From Candidatus Rifleibacteriota bacterium (GTDB lineage Bacteria; Muiribacteriota; Ozemobacteria; Ozemobacterales; Ozemobacteraceae): DNA of 64,000 nucleotides. The notes beneath the pieces were generated by a model. The model was not told where the DNA came from and searched no databases. It saw only the letters and a list, made by a program, of their open reading frames with translations. The translations under genes and the position numbers were made by a program. The stretch spans positions 1,980-65,979 of the forward strand of contig JBNJGH010000003.1 of NCBI GenBank assembly GCA_051747585.1. The letters are read 5' to 3'. Shown here one piece after another: positions 9,188 through 19,716 of this stretch; within the stretch, counting starts at the first letter, position 1, and each line of letters starts with the position of its first letter.

Positions 9188-11968
9188 TTGAAAAATTCCC
9201 TTCTCAAATCACTTGTCAAAGCACAGCACATAGAAAGCTTCAACAGTTTTTCTCAACTTGACAAAAGTTTTTTAAACGAACTTGAAAATAAACCTGCCAT
9301 TATACTGCGAGTCTATTCGGGCAAATCAGACGGATCCTGGCGTTTTCTTTATCAGGATTCTCAAAAATCATCACCTAAATCTGATATTGCAGAATTGACA
9401 GATTTTTCCGGCCAGAATCCCGAAAACCTTTTAAGCTGGCATCATAAAGACTCGGGAAACAACGAACAATATTTGTTTATCAGTCCTTATATCAATAATG
9501 GCTATCATCTGGGTGATCTTATCCTTAAAATTGAATCCGCCCCCCCCCTTGATTTTAAAGAGCTCACTGAATGGCACTTTTATTCAGATATTTTAACCAA
9601 TCTTATTTTTGCCCACTACCAGTTTGCCCCACACCTTTTACCTGTTTTTGCCAACGATTCTGAAAGACTTTTAAGTTTTATTCGTGAAACCCAACTGATT
9701 TTGACTGCCAAAAATCAGGTTATTGCCCTGACTATAGAGCAAGACAAGCAACAAGCTACAGAATGGTTCAAAGAAGACCAGCCGATTCTTTCAAAATTTA
9801 TTTCCAGAGTACAACAAGAATTAAACCTGCCCGGTATTTTTATATTACAGAATGCAGCGCCGGGCTTTATTCATCAAGTTATTGCTACTTCGAACTCTGA
9901 AAGCAAAGATTTGACAGATTCCATTTACGAAATGATCGAGGCTGTCAAACAATACGATGAAGAATTTAATCAAGCAATAGTAAATGAATACAAGCTTTTT
10001 AACAGTATATCTCAAACAGAGGGACAAAAACTGGTTCCATTGGTTTTCAGTTGTCAGGCCGGTGGAATTACCTTTGGTCATCTTGGTATTTTTGCCACCC
10101 GACAGAGCCTTGCAAGGTATCTAAACCATAGATCAAAAATTCTTCCCATGCTTGCCAATCAACTGGGATTTTATTTCAGCCACCTCCACCAGTTAAGACG
10201 CGAAGCTCTTGAAGCAAGGATGTTGCAACAAATCAACCAAACCTGCAATACAATTAACTCATCGGTAGATATAGGGGCAATCCTTTTTAAACTGGTAGAA
10301 AGTTTGAATAATTTGTTTCGCCAGTATTCAGGTGCCATCCTGATGAACTCTCCCGAAACCCAGGAACTCGAAGTTACTACCCAACTTGGCGGCCCCGTAC
10401 CTGAAAACCTTGACATCCACAGCGAATTAAAAAAGCATCCAGATATTTATGACTTAATTCATGAGGGAGCTGTATTTGATAATAGAGATGGAAAATATCC
10501 ATTACCTATACGATACATTTTACCTCTTTCTGCCACTCCTCAAGCTCTGATAATTTCAACCGATCTTGCTACTCCGGCTTCACTCGGGGCAGTAATTCTT
10601 TACGAGCATCCTATCAACAAAAACCTGACCGAAGAGACATTACAAAAGCTTTTACCTATTTTATTAAATGGTATCAGCGCTTCTTTACAGGTCGCCCGGA
10701 ACTATGCAGAAAAGCTGGAAACAATAAAATCACTCGAAGGGTTGATGTCAAAGCTTTCTGATTCTGACTCACTTTTTGACGAGATGATTACTATTATACG
10801 CCGGCTATTGAGAGTTAACCGAATTTCATTTTTAACCCTCGATGAAAGCGAAAAATATTTATACATCCAAAAAGAATTCGGTCTTCCAGAAGGAATCAAA
10901 GAAACTACCCGCATACCAATCGGAGACGAAATTTCTGGTTATGTTGCCAGACATGGCAAGTCGCTACGAATTGACAATATCGAGCGAGAAGGACTTTTTA
11001 AAAAGCGCTCAATGGAAGATTATCTTAACAGGTCATTGCTGTCGGTTCCCCTTATAAGCAAAAGCGGCGGTTCTGACAAGGTTATCGGAGTTATAAATGT
11101 AAACAACAAAACGAACGGATTAACTTTTACTCAGCAGGATCAACAATTGCTGGAGGCAATAGCCCACCTTGTTGTTACGGCACTTGAAAAGGTAAGGTTT
11201 CTTGAAGAAAAGCATGAAAAAGAATTGCTTGAGCGACAGCTTAAAGATGCCAAAGACATTCAAATGTCGTTATTGCCCAAATCTTTCAATGAGTTTCCGG
11301 CAAATATCGAGATGTATGGTAAAAGCATACCCGCAAGACAAATTGGCGGCGATTTCTTTGATATCATTCCCATGGATGACGGTCGGATACTTGTCGCCCT
11401 GGGCGATGTCTCCGGCAAAGGAATGCCCGCTGCAATCCTGATGGCGGTTTCGCGCATGATTCTTCGTTCGGTAGTTCAAGATACAAGCGACCTGACGACT
11501 ATTCTGGATAAAGTAAATCAGAAGCTTTCACTAGAACTGGACTCATACCATTTCGTTACTTTACAGATAGTAACTATCGACCCTGAAAGTGGAAATGCAG
11601 AAATGACGTCTGCCGGTCATGGTCCTTTAATGGTAAGACTTAATGGCAAGATAACTTTAATTGAAACCAAAGGCGGGCCGCCACTTGGCATTTCAGGTAT
11701 TCCGGTTGCTTTTGACACCAGAAAATTTGTAATGCATCCTTCAGATTGCCTGCTTATGTTTACCGATGGCCTTTCAGAGGAACATTCCGAAAACGGCGAA
11801 ATGTTCGGCAGCCAAAGAATAGAAAAGTTTCTTGCCCAATCCGAAGATCTAAATGCAAGGGAAACAACCGAAAAGTTAATATCTGAAGCCATAAAATGGC
11901 GCGGATCAAGAGAAGCACACGATGATTTGACACTGCTAACCTTAAAATTTAAGGGTAATATAAAATGA
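9188..11968 (+). CDS. Multi-GAF sensor fused to a PP2C/SpoIIE-type Ser/Thr phosphatase (RsbU-like)
   Basis: The C-terminal 230 aa carry the SpoIIE/PP2C motifs GGDFFDI ... LGDVSGKGMPAAILMA ... TDGLSE ... DDLTLL. GAF-like segments lie upstream. The only in-frame start is the TTG at 9188, so the start assignment is uncertain. Confidence 0.75.
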   Translation: MKNSLLKSLVKAQHIESFNSFSQLDKSFLNELENKPAIILRVYSGKSDGSWRFLYQDSQKSSPKSDIAELTDFSGQNPENLLSWHHKDSGNNEQYLFISPYINNGYHLGDLILKIESAPPLDFKELTEWHFYSDILTNLIFAHYQFAPHLLPVFANDSERLLSFIRETQLILTAKNQVIALTIEQDKQQATEWFKEDQPILSKFISRVQQELNLPGIFILQNAAPGFIHQVIATSNSESKDLTDSIYEMIEAVKQYDEEFNQAIVNEYKLFNSISQTEGQKLVPLVFSCQAGGITFGHLGIFATRQSLARYLNHRSKILPMLANQLGFYFSHLHQLRREALEARMLQQINQTCNTINSSVDIGAILFKLVESLNNLFRQYSGAILMNSPETQELEVTTQLGGPVPENLDIHSELKKHPDIYDLIHEGAVFDNRDGKYPLPIRYILPLSATPQALIISTDLATPASLGAVILYEHPINKNLTEETLQKLLPILLNGISASLQVARNYAEKLETIKSLEGLMSKLSDSDSLFDEMITIIRRLLRVNRISFLTLDESEKYLYIQKEFGLPEGIKETTRIPIGDEISGYVARHGKSLRIDNIEREGLFKKRSMEDYLNRSLLSVPLISKSGGSDKVIGVINVNNKTNGLTFTQQDQQLLEAIAHLVVTALEKVRFLEEKHEKELLERQLKDAKDIQMSLLPKSFNEFPANIEMYGKSIPARQIGGDFFDIIPMDDGRILVALGDVSGKGMPAAILMAVSRMILRSVVQDTSDLTTILDKVNQKLSLELDSYHFVTLQIVTIDPESGNAEMTSAGHGPLMVRLNGKITLIETKGGPPLGISGIPVAFDTRKFVMHPSDCLLMFTDGLSEEHSENGEMFGSQRIEKFLAQSEDLNARETTEKLISEAIKWRGSREAHDDLTLLTLKFKGNIK

Positions 11969-14082
11969 ATTCACCGCAACAAACTCTTCAATTTTACAAC
12001 CGACTTGCCGAAAAATCGGCCAATACAAAAGACTTGCATCAGCTGATCGACTCTATTATTGACGAAACAATTCATTTTCTTGATGCCGATTCCGGCTCTA
12101 TAATGGTGTATGACCAGAACGAAAATTGTCTGCGCCTGTTTGCTTCAAAAAGACACCCTAGAATAAAATCCAACAACAGCTCAGGGGCGGTAGCAAAAAT
12201 TGGTATAGATCATGGGATTGCCGGTGAAGTTTTTTCGAGTGGCAAACCTGTAATTGTAAGTGATTTAAGCAAATATGACCAAAAGCTTCGTCTCAACCAA
12301 AAAACTGCCAAAGGCTCTTTTTTATCTTTACCCCTTAAAATCAATAATAAAATCATCGGCGTAATGAATCTAAACCGGCCGCCAAAAAGAAAAGGGTTCT
12401 GCGAACAAGACTTGAAACTACTTGCATCTGTCGAAACAACCATAGCCGGCTTAATAGAAAAGGAAAAGCTTGTGGCCAGCATAGACGCCAACCGGCGCGA
12501 GATCAGCAGCCTTTATTCACTCAGTCGCATTTTAATTGAATCTACCAATTTCTATGCCGGTCTGGAAACCTTTCTTGAAAAGTTATCGGAATTTCTAAAC
12601 CTGGAGCGATCTGCAGTAATAAAAATCCCCGAGAATTACAAAAAGCAAATTAACAGCGAAGCAATTACAAATACTGAAATTGAAATTATTGCCGCAAATA
12701 AGCTTGAAAAAAAGCAACTGACAAAAATGTTTCATTCCGTATCCAGCAGGTTGAAAAATCAGTTAACCATGCCATGGACAAAGGACACTTCAGATTTCGA
12801 AAAACCGCCGTTATCGCTTTCATTCGAAGAAAATGCTGCGACCCGCGAACTTTTCTGCATCCCTCTTATAGTAGAGGGGAATCCATCACACATGCTTCTT
12901 GTCAGCCGACGCTATCTTGAAAATGATATAGAAAAGGCAAAAAAACATTATCGTTTTCTTTATTTAATTGCGCAAAACCTGAGCATGTCGCTGGAAAAAG
13001 AAAAAATGATTGAGCGCATTCATGAAGATCAAGATATGCTGCTTGCAAACGCAACCAGGAACAGAATTTTTCTGGAAATCAGTAAAGATCTGGCATCAAC
13101 CCTTGACCCATTAGTCATTTTACAAAAAGCATTTAACCAGTTCAGCGCAGTCATATCTTATACATCAATTGCCATTCTTTTGTTTGATGACCTCGATGAG
13201 ACTTATCGCCTGATAACTCAGCCAACTATTTCTATCTCAAAATCTTATCAGGAATCTATTGCAGATAATATTTTCAAACTGTTTCAAGAATTTCCGACTG
13301 ATCCTGAACTTACCAGAGAAAATTTTGCCAAACCGGTTATATTCAAGCCACAACAGGTGGGTGGAAAACCAAAGCGCACCTTTGAACAAACCCTGCATCT
13401 TCCAATAATTATAGGTGATCGAGTTGCCGGGCTAATTCATCTTTCCAGAGCTGAAAACGAGCCATTTACCAATCACGAACTCGACATTACTTCACAATTC
13501 ACCGGTATATTTATTACCAGCATCAAAAATGCGCTTATACATAAGCGCACTGAGATGCTGGCGTTTACCGACCCTTTAACCGGTCTTTTCAATCATCGTT
13601 ATTTTCAGGAAACCTTGTCGCATGAATTTACCCGTGCCTCGAGGTATTCAATTCCGTTATCATTGATGGTAATGGATATTGATTTTTTCAAAAAATTTAA
13701 CGATACCTATGGGCATCTCGTAGGCGATAAAGTCTTGCGTCACGTTGCCGGAATATTTAAGAACTCCATACGTGAACAAATCGATACGGTTGCCCGCTAT
13801 GGTGGCGAAGAATTTGCGGTTATTCTTCCGGAAACCACACTTGATGGTGCACAACAATTCGCTGAAAGAATTCGCAATACTGTAGAAGAAACTACCCTGA
13901 TGGAAGAAGACAAAGAACTTTCGGTAACATTGTCAATTGGGGTAGCATGCACAAGAGTAACTGCGTGTCATAAAACATCTGACCTGGTTGAGGCGGCAGA
14001 TAATGCTCTTTACTGGGCTAAAGAACACGGAAGAAATCAGGTAAAAACTTTTGAAGAAAGCACAATCGAAAATGGCAGCTAA
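11965..14082 (+). CDS. GAF-GAF-GGDEF diguanylate cyclase
   Basis: The C-terminus carries the RYGGEEF motif and the GGDEF fold (DIDFFKKFNDTYGHLVGD). Two GAF-like regions lie N-terminal. The ATG overlaps the upstream stop (ATGA). Confidence 0.85.
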   Translation: MNSPQQTLQFYNRLAEKSANTKDLHQLIDSIIDETIHFLDADSGSIMVYDQNENCLRLFASKRHPRIKSNNSSGAVAKIGIDHGIAGEVFSSGKPVIVSDLSKYDQKLRLNQKTAKGSFLSLPLKINNKIIGVMNLNRPPKRKGFCEQDLKLLASVETTIAGLIEKEKLVASIDANRREISSLYSLSRILIESTNFYAGLETFLEKLSEFLNLERSAVIKIPENYKKQINSEAITNTEIEIIAANKLEKKQLTKMFHSVSSRLKNQLTMPWTKDTSDFEKPPLSLSFEENAATRELFCIPLIVEGNPSHMLLVSRRYLENDIEKAKKHYRFLYLIAQNLSMSLEKEKMIERIHEDQDMLLANATRNRIFLEISKDLASTLDPLVILQKAFNQFSAVISYTSIAILLFDDLDETYRLITQPTISISKSYQESIADNIFKLFQEFPTDPELTRENFAKPVIFKPQQVGGKPKRTFEQTLHLPIIIGDRVAGLIHLSRAENEPFTNHELDITSQFTGIFITSIKNALIHKRTEMLAFTDPLTGLFNHRYFQETLSHEFTRASRYSIPLSLMVMDIDFFKKFNDTYGHLVGDKVLRHVAGIFKNSIREQIDTVARYGGEEFAVILPETTLDGAQQFAERIRNTVEETTLMEEDKELSVTLSIGVACTRVTACHKTSDLVEAADNALYWAKEHGRNQVKTFEESTIENGS

Positions 14083-16273
14083 AAAAAATAAATCTAACAA
14101 TACGACCGAGCAAACTTTTAAACGCTTATCGCGACTTTCCGATATTTCAATGGCTCTTTCTTCAGGACTCGAGCTTGACGAGCTGCTTAAAACAATGGGG
14201 CGCTCGGTAAAAGAAGCCCTTGATTCAGACGAAGTTTATTTTCTTCTCCTGATCCGAGATACTTATGAACTGAAGCTCTCGCAGGCAATAGGTATCAGGC
14301 GCAAAAGGCCCAAAAATATTCCATGTCCAGACAGGCGCACTATTATGGTATCAGAAGAAGAGTTCGGCTTTGCCCCCTGCCCCACAAATACGGATAAAGG
14401 CAAGCAAGAAAAAAAACTCAGCCCCGAAGCCAAACTAATGCGCAGTGCATTTTTCAGTCGCCAACGCCTTCTTTTTAGTGGTGAAATGAATGATCCGTTG
14501 TTCAAAGACTCTCCTTTCAAATCTGCGCTAATCATTCCTTTAACTACTAACACCAGATGTGTTGGCCTGATGTCGGTTGCCAACATAAAAAAAAGCCGAT
14601 CATTTACGGTAAATGACCTCGAAGAAGCAACCGTTTTTGCAAATCTGGCTGCCATGGCAATAGAGCACCTTACCCTTGTGGAAGAAAGAGAAAGCAGAAT
14701 AAGGGAGATGGAAAAGCTCAACACCCTGGCCAAAAGATTTTCTACGGTGCAAACCCTCGAAGGTCTTATCGGCCTTTCTTTTGAATATCTTTCGCAGCTT
14801 ATTCCCCATGACCTTGGCGTAGTTTGCCTTTTTAAAGATGACGAAGAAACCAGATATTTCGTTTCCCGATTACCACTCTCTCCCTCAAGCCTGGATCGAC
14901 TTTCTAATCACATAAACGACATCAGCTCAAAAATCCGGGGCTCAGAGTCAAGGCTTATAAGGTGCCAACAACTGTTTCTTCCAGGTCAGAAAACCCTTAC
15001 AATGACCAGTGTTTTTAGACGCAAGATTCAATCTTTTTTAACGGTTCCCCTGACTGTTCAAGGCAAAAGCATCGGTATAATTAATATTTCGGCGACAAGA
15101 GCCAATGCCTTTAACCGAGAACACTTAAGAACCTTTACTACTTTATCAAATCTGCTGGCTACAGCTGTCGAAAACGTTAAAATAAGACTATACCTTGAAA
15201 GACGCATAGATGAAATCTCTGTATTGTTTGAAATTTCTCAGTCTATTACCTCTACACTTGTTCTTGACGAAGTTTTAGACTCTATTGTGAACTTTTCAAT
15301 GGAAATGATGAACGCTCTGAGATGCGAACTTAGACTACTTGACCAAACCGGAAAACTTTTAGAGGTAAGAGCTTCACGAGGCTTGTCAAAATCATTTCTG
15401 GCTTCAACTGCAATAAAAACCGGTGAAGGAATTATAGGGAACTGTTTCTCTCAAAAGCTCCCTATTTCTGTAGTCGATGCCCGCAAAGACCCGCGAACCA
15501 AATACATCACAATGATAAAGCGCGAAAAACTTGCAGGTCTGCTTGCCGTACCAATAATACAGAGAGGCCGATCTATCGGGGTCATCACAATTTATACCAG
15601 TAAACCAAGAGACTTTTCACAAGACGAGATTGACCTGCTTTCTACTTTTGCATCTCAGGCAAGTATCGCTATAGAAAATGCTCAGCTCTATGCCAACATG
15701 AAAGAACAATATTTATCAATGGTTATGGCATTAGCCGCTGCTATAGAAGTAAAAGACTCATACACCCATGGACATAGTACAAATGTAATGGAATATGCGG
15801 TTAAAATAGCTAAAGAGCTTGATCTACCGGAAGAAGAAATTGAAACAATCAGATACGCAGGTCTTTTACATGATATAGGGAAAATCGGTATTAAAGATGT
15901 CATTTTGACCAAAAGCGGACATCTCACCGAAACAGAAATGAACGAACTGCATCGTCATCCTGAATATGGTGCAAATATCATGGAAAGGGTCGAGCTCTTA
16001 AAAGACATAGCACCTCTAACCCTTTACCATCATGAAAGATACGACGGCAAAGGATATCCTCTTGGCCTCGTCGGAGAACAGATCCCTCTGGGCGCACGAA
16101 TTCTAGCAGTTGCTGACACCTACGATGCAATGATTGCAGATCGGCCATATAGAAATGCTTTTCCTTTCGATTATGTAAAAAAAGAAATGAAAAAGGTTGC
16201 AGGAACCCAATTAGACCCTGAAATTGTAAATATATTTTTTGATATTCTTAAACGCGAAGGTAACGATAAATAA
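14051..16273 (+). CDS. Multi-GAF HD-GYP c-di-GMP phosphodiesterase
   Basis: HD-GYP signature: HGHSTNV ... LLHDIGKIGI ... HHERYDGKGYP. Three GAF-like segments lie upstream. The true start is probably the second Met at 14072. Confidence 0.85.
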   Translation: MKKAQSKMAAKKNKSNNTTEQTFKRLSRLSDISMALSSGLELDELLKTMGRSVKEALDSDEVYFLLLIRDTYELKLSQAIGIRRKRPKNIPCPDRRTIMVSEEEFGFAPCPTNTDKGKQEKKLSPEAKLMRSAFFSRQRLLFSGEMNDPLFKDSPFKSALIIPLTTNTRCVGLMSVANIKKSRSFTVNDLEEATVFANLAAMAIEHLTLVEERESRIREMEKLNTLAKRFSTVQTLEGLIGLSFEYLSQLIPHDLGVVCLFKDDEETRYFVSRLPLSPSSLDRLSNHINDISSKIRGSESRLIRCQQLFLPGQKTLTMTSVFRRKIQSFLTVPLTVQGKSIGIINISATRANAFNREHLRTFTTLSNLLATAVENVKIRLYLERRIDEISVLFEISQSITSTLVLDEVLDSIVNFSMEMMNALRCELRLLDQTGKLLEVRASRGLSKSFLASTAIKTGEGIIGNCFSQKLPISVVDARKDPRTKYITMIKREKLAGLLAVPIIQRGRSIGVITIYTSKPRDFSQDEIDLLSTFASQASIAIENAQLYANMKEQYLSMVMALAAAIEVKDSYTHGHSTNVMEYAVKIAKELDLPEEEIETIRYAGLLHDIGKIGIKDVILTKSGHLTETEMNELHRHPEYGANIMERVELLKDIAPLTLYHHERYDGKGYPLGLVGEQIPLGARILAVADTYDAMIADRPYRNAFPFDYVKKEMKKVAGTQLDPEIVNIFFDILKREGNDK

Positions 16274-16279
16274 CCACAA

Positions 16280-18907
16280 ATGACACCGGACAACTTGGAA
16301 ATAGTCGCTTTTTCGCACAATGCTGACCTTGATCAACTTGGAGCGGCACGTTGTATTTTGCTTGCTAATACCAATGCCAGCCTGATGCATCCGGTAAGGC
16401 TTAAACAAAATGCCTGGGAATTTGCACGCAAACAAAACTGGTTTGAAACCATAAATATTAAAGAAATTGATTTTAAAAAGGTCAACAAAGTCCACCTGAT
16501 TGGAGTAAGCCTGCCCAAACACAACCCTGAGCTGTCAAATAAACTGGTAAGACATAATATTGAAACAATCATTTATGCCAACAGGCGATGTAAGTTACCT
16601 TTCAAGTTCTTTACCCTCTCAACCAGAAGTCAAAGCATTACTGCCGGGTTGCTTAACAGGCTTTTAAAAGATAAGAAAGAATTCAATCACGAAGACCTTG
16701 ATCTTTTCGCCATGGCAATTTGTGAAAAAACCTGGGCCGGTCTTTCAAGCAGGGTTACGCCCACAGATCTAATTATCCTTGACTTTTTGCGCAAAAAGCG
16801 GGTTTCAAACCGTCGAATTGCCGACAGCATTGTTCTTGGCCTCAGAGAAGGACAAACCCGACTTTATCATGAAATGCTGAGAAACATTCAGGATATTCAC
16901 CCGGGCAACTGGCCTGTTACATTGATCTGCGTGAATTCAGCCGGCAAGGTTCAAGATTTGGAGCCAATTGTAGAAAGTATCTGGTCAGAAATTTGTCCTC
17001 ACATTGCTGTTATATGTATAACCTCAGGCAAATTTTCCAGGGTCTGGGCCCGAAGCAGCATAAGCGAAGTAGACCTGGCCGAAGTTTTCAAGGATTTCAG
17101 GCCCGACCTGAAAAGAAACTGGGTAAGTTTTAATTTTTCAGGAACTAACCACAAACTTAATTCTTACGTTTTAAAAGATTATCTTTTTCGCTTCCTGCCC
17201 CCGGCACTGACAGCCGAAAAAATAATGTCGGTATCGCCTCAATCAATAGACTGTATTGCTTCCGTAAAAAAAGCAATGGATGCCATGCTAAAATTCAATC
17301 TAATGTCCCTGGTAGTGACCAGACAGGGAAAATATGCCGGCATAATCACCCGCCGCGATCTTGACAGAGCAGTTCAAATGGAATTGCTCGATTCACCAAT
17401 CGAGCCCTACGTTCCGACTTCAACTCCGGTTGTGGGGCCAACAACACCTGCCAGAGCCCTGAAAAACATAATGGTTAGATTCAATCTTACCCGATTACCT
17501 GTCGTTCAAGAAAATGAGGCCATAGGAATCATTACCACCAGAGAATTGTTACGCGCTTTACCCGACCATTTGCCACTACCTCCTGATTACCTGCCATTGG
17601 CAGAAGTGGCCAAACTCCCTTCTGCAAACAAGATAGAAGAAATAATAAAGAGGGTTTTTTCTCTTAAAGTATTTCATATTTTAAGCAAAATCGGTAAATT
17701 TGCCACCCGGGATCAAATCAATGCTTTCGCTGTTGGTGGTTTTGTAAGAGACCTGTTAATGGAAAAACAGAACCTTGACATAGATATTGTTGTAATCGGT
17801 GACGCAATCCCCTTTGCCCGGAGAATGAGCAAAGAATTTAACTGCGATTTCAAAGTTTTCGATCGTTTTCATACCGCCAGAATTTACCTTGAAGATATGA
17901 AGATTGATTTCAGCTCAGCCAGAATTGAGCACTATCCTGATCCCGGAGCACTGCCCCAGATTGAATTTTCCGGACTTTCAAGCGATCTTTATCGCCGAGA
18001 TTTCACCATTAACTCACTGGCACTAAGTCTTAACTCTGTAACATTTCTTGAATTAAAAGACTTTTTTGGCGGATTTGCCGATCTAGCGCAAAAAAAAATC
18101 AGAATTCTACATTCTTTCAGTTTCATAGAAGATCCTACCCGCCTTTTCAGAGCAATCAGATTCGCAAGGCGTTTTAACTTTAATTTCGAAAAAGATACAA
18201 GACGTGCATTTGACCTGGCGGTTCATCGCGGATGCATGCGTAAGCTTTCGATAAAAAGAATCGGAAGTGAAATTTCGCGTTGCCTTAACGAAGAAAAGCC
18301 CTACAAAATAATAGAAGAATTGTTTAACAATGATTTAATGACAGCTTTGAGTCCTGAACTGAACGATATCTCAATGATTCCGAGTAGATTCAGGCTTGTC
18401 AAAGGACTGGTCAAAAGATTCAAAGTTATTGAAGAAGAAATTGATGAAGAGGCTATTTTATGGACAGGACTGCTGTGTACCCTTTCTCCACAGAAAGCAG
18501 CAAATATTCTCGATTCTATCGGAACTCCCCACAGCAGAAGAGTACTGGTGGTAAGTGCTTTAAAAGCCGTCAACCAGGTTCCTGAAAAAATATCAGCTGT
18601 AGATATTGATAACAACAGCAATCTTTTTAATCTTCTTTCACCATATCCAATAGAAGCTTTGATCGCTTTAATGGCATTTGCTCTTGAAAAAAGAAATTCC
18701 AGAAAAGTCTTGAAATTTATTGGAGAATTAAGAACAATAAAGCCCCTGATTAACGGACATGACTTGATTTCAGCCGGGATCCCACCCGGACCACATATGA
18801 GAACTATTTTTAAACATATCCTTGAATTAAAGCTTCAGGGAAAGAAACTTAGCAAAAATAAGGAGTTGGAAATTGCCATACAGAAATATAAGATTTTATC
18901 GAGCTAG
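16280..18907 (+). CDS. Multidomain tRNA nucleotidyltransferase / poly(A) polymerase-family protein with a DHH-like N-terminus and a CBS pair
   Basis: Poly(A) polymerase head-domain motif GGFVRDLLM ... DIDIVV ... RRDFTINSLA. A CBS pair (two MSLVVTRQGKYAGIITRRDL-like units). An N-terminal IVAFSHNADLDQLGAA DHH-like motif. Confidence 0.7.
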   Translation: MTPDNLEIVAFSHNADLDQLGAARCILLANTNASLMHPVRLKQNAWEFARKQNWFETINIKEIDFKKVNKVHLIGVSLPKHNPELSNKLVRHNIETIIYANRRCKLPFKFFTLSTRSQSITAGLLNRLLKDKKEFNHEDLDLFAMAICEKTWAGLSSRVTPTDLIILDFLRKKRVSNRRIADSIVLGLREGQTRLYHEMLRNIQDIHPGNWPVTLICVNSAGKVQDLEPIVESIWSEICPHIAVICITSGKFSRVWARSSISEVDLAEVFKDFRPDLKRNWVSFNFSGTNHKLNSYVLKDYLFRFLPPALTAEKIMSVSPQSIDCIASVKKAMDAMLKFNLMSLVVTRQGKYAGIITRRDLDRAVQMELLDSPIEPYVPTSTPVVGPTTPARALKNIMVRFNLTRLPVVQENEAIGIITTRELLRALPDHLPLPPDYLPLAEVAKLPSANKIEEIIKRVFSLKVFHILSKIGKFATRDQINAFAVGGFVRDLLMEKQNLDIDIVVIGDAIPFARRMSKEFNCDFKVFDRFHTARIYLEDMKIDFSSARIEHYPDPGALPQIEFSGLSSDLYRRDFTINSLALSLNSVTFLELKDFFGGFADLAQKKIRILHSFSFIEDPTRLFRAIRFARRFNFNFEKDTRRAFDLAVHRGCMRKLSIKRIGSEISRCLNEEKPYKIIEELFNNDLMTALSPELNDISMIPSRFRLVKGLVKRFKVIEEEIDEEAILWTGLLCTLSPQKAANILDSIGTPHSRRVLVVSALKAVNQVPEKISAVDIDNNSNLFNLLSPYPIEALIALMAFALEKRNSRKVLKFIGELRTIKPLINGHDLISAGIPPGPHMRTIFKHILELKLQGKKLSKNKELEIAIQKYKILSS

Positions 18908-18920
18908 ACCGCCTGGAGGA

Positions 18921-19703
18921 ATGCCAAAAGAATCTTTTGACCGCCTTATAATAATTGTCGGTTTGATTCTGTTTTTATTTGCCTTGAGCCTCGCATTTCA
19001 AAGCCCAAAAGACATTCTTTCTTCAGCAATACATTATATTGTGCTTATTCCGGTCATTTTAATTTCTCTGACATTTCATGAACTTGCACATGCTTTAATG
19101 GCCGATTTTCTTGGCGACCCAACCCCGAGAAGAATGGGAAGAATTACGCTTAACCCATTACGTCACCTCGACATACTGGGAGCAATGATGCTTTTTATTG
19201 CCGGCTTTGGCTGGGCCAAGCCGGTAAGGGTCGATTCGAAAAACTTTAGAGTGCCTGCCAAAGCCATGGCAGCGGTAGCTATAGTAGGGCCGCTTTCCAA
19301 CTTCAGCATGGCGGCTATTGGAATGCTTCTGATGAAGGGCCTGGCTGCGCTGATTAATTATGCCGAGCTGGCACCAATAGTTGTAATGCTTGGCCAGAGA
19401 ACACTCGAAACTTTTATTGTGATAAATCTCGGCCTTGGCATTTTTAATCTGCTGCCCTTTCCACCCCTTGACGGTTCAAGAATAGTATCATTCGTGCTTC
19501 CGGCCAGGTATAGACTGCAATATCACAGGTTCGAAGAAGTTGCCCCCTTTATACTACTCATTCTATTTGCCCTGGGTGGACTCGGAATGCTCCTTACGCC
19601 GCTGATAACCAATTCATACAGCTTTTTAAACAACATCACCGGAAACCCGATAAAAGAAATAAGCCTTTATCTTTTTAAATTTACAGGAGGAGTAACCCTG
19701 TAA
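18921..19703 (+). CDS. Site-2 protease family (M50-like) membrane metalloprotease
   Basis: HELAHALMADFLGDPT (HExxH inside a TM helix) followed by RITLNPLRHLD, typical of small S2P/SpoIVFB-like proteins. I chose the start at the Met after the upstream stop. Confidence 0.6.
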   Translation: MPKESFDRLIIIVGLILFLFALSLAFQSPKDILSSAIHYIVLIPVILISLTFHELAHALMADFLGDPTPRRMGRITLNPLRHLDILGAMMLFIAGFGWAKPVRVDSKNFRVPAKAMAAVAIVGPLSNFSMAAIGMLLMKGLAALINYAELAPIVVMLGQRTLETFIVINLGLGIFNLLPFPPLDGSRIVSFVLPARYRLQYHRFEEVAPFILLILFALGGLGMLLTPLITNSYSFLNNITGNPIKEISLYLFKFTGGVTL

Positions 19704-19716
19704 AAAACAGTTCATT

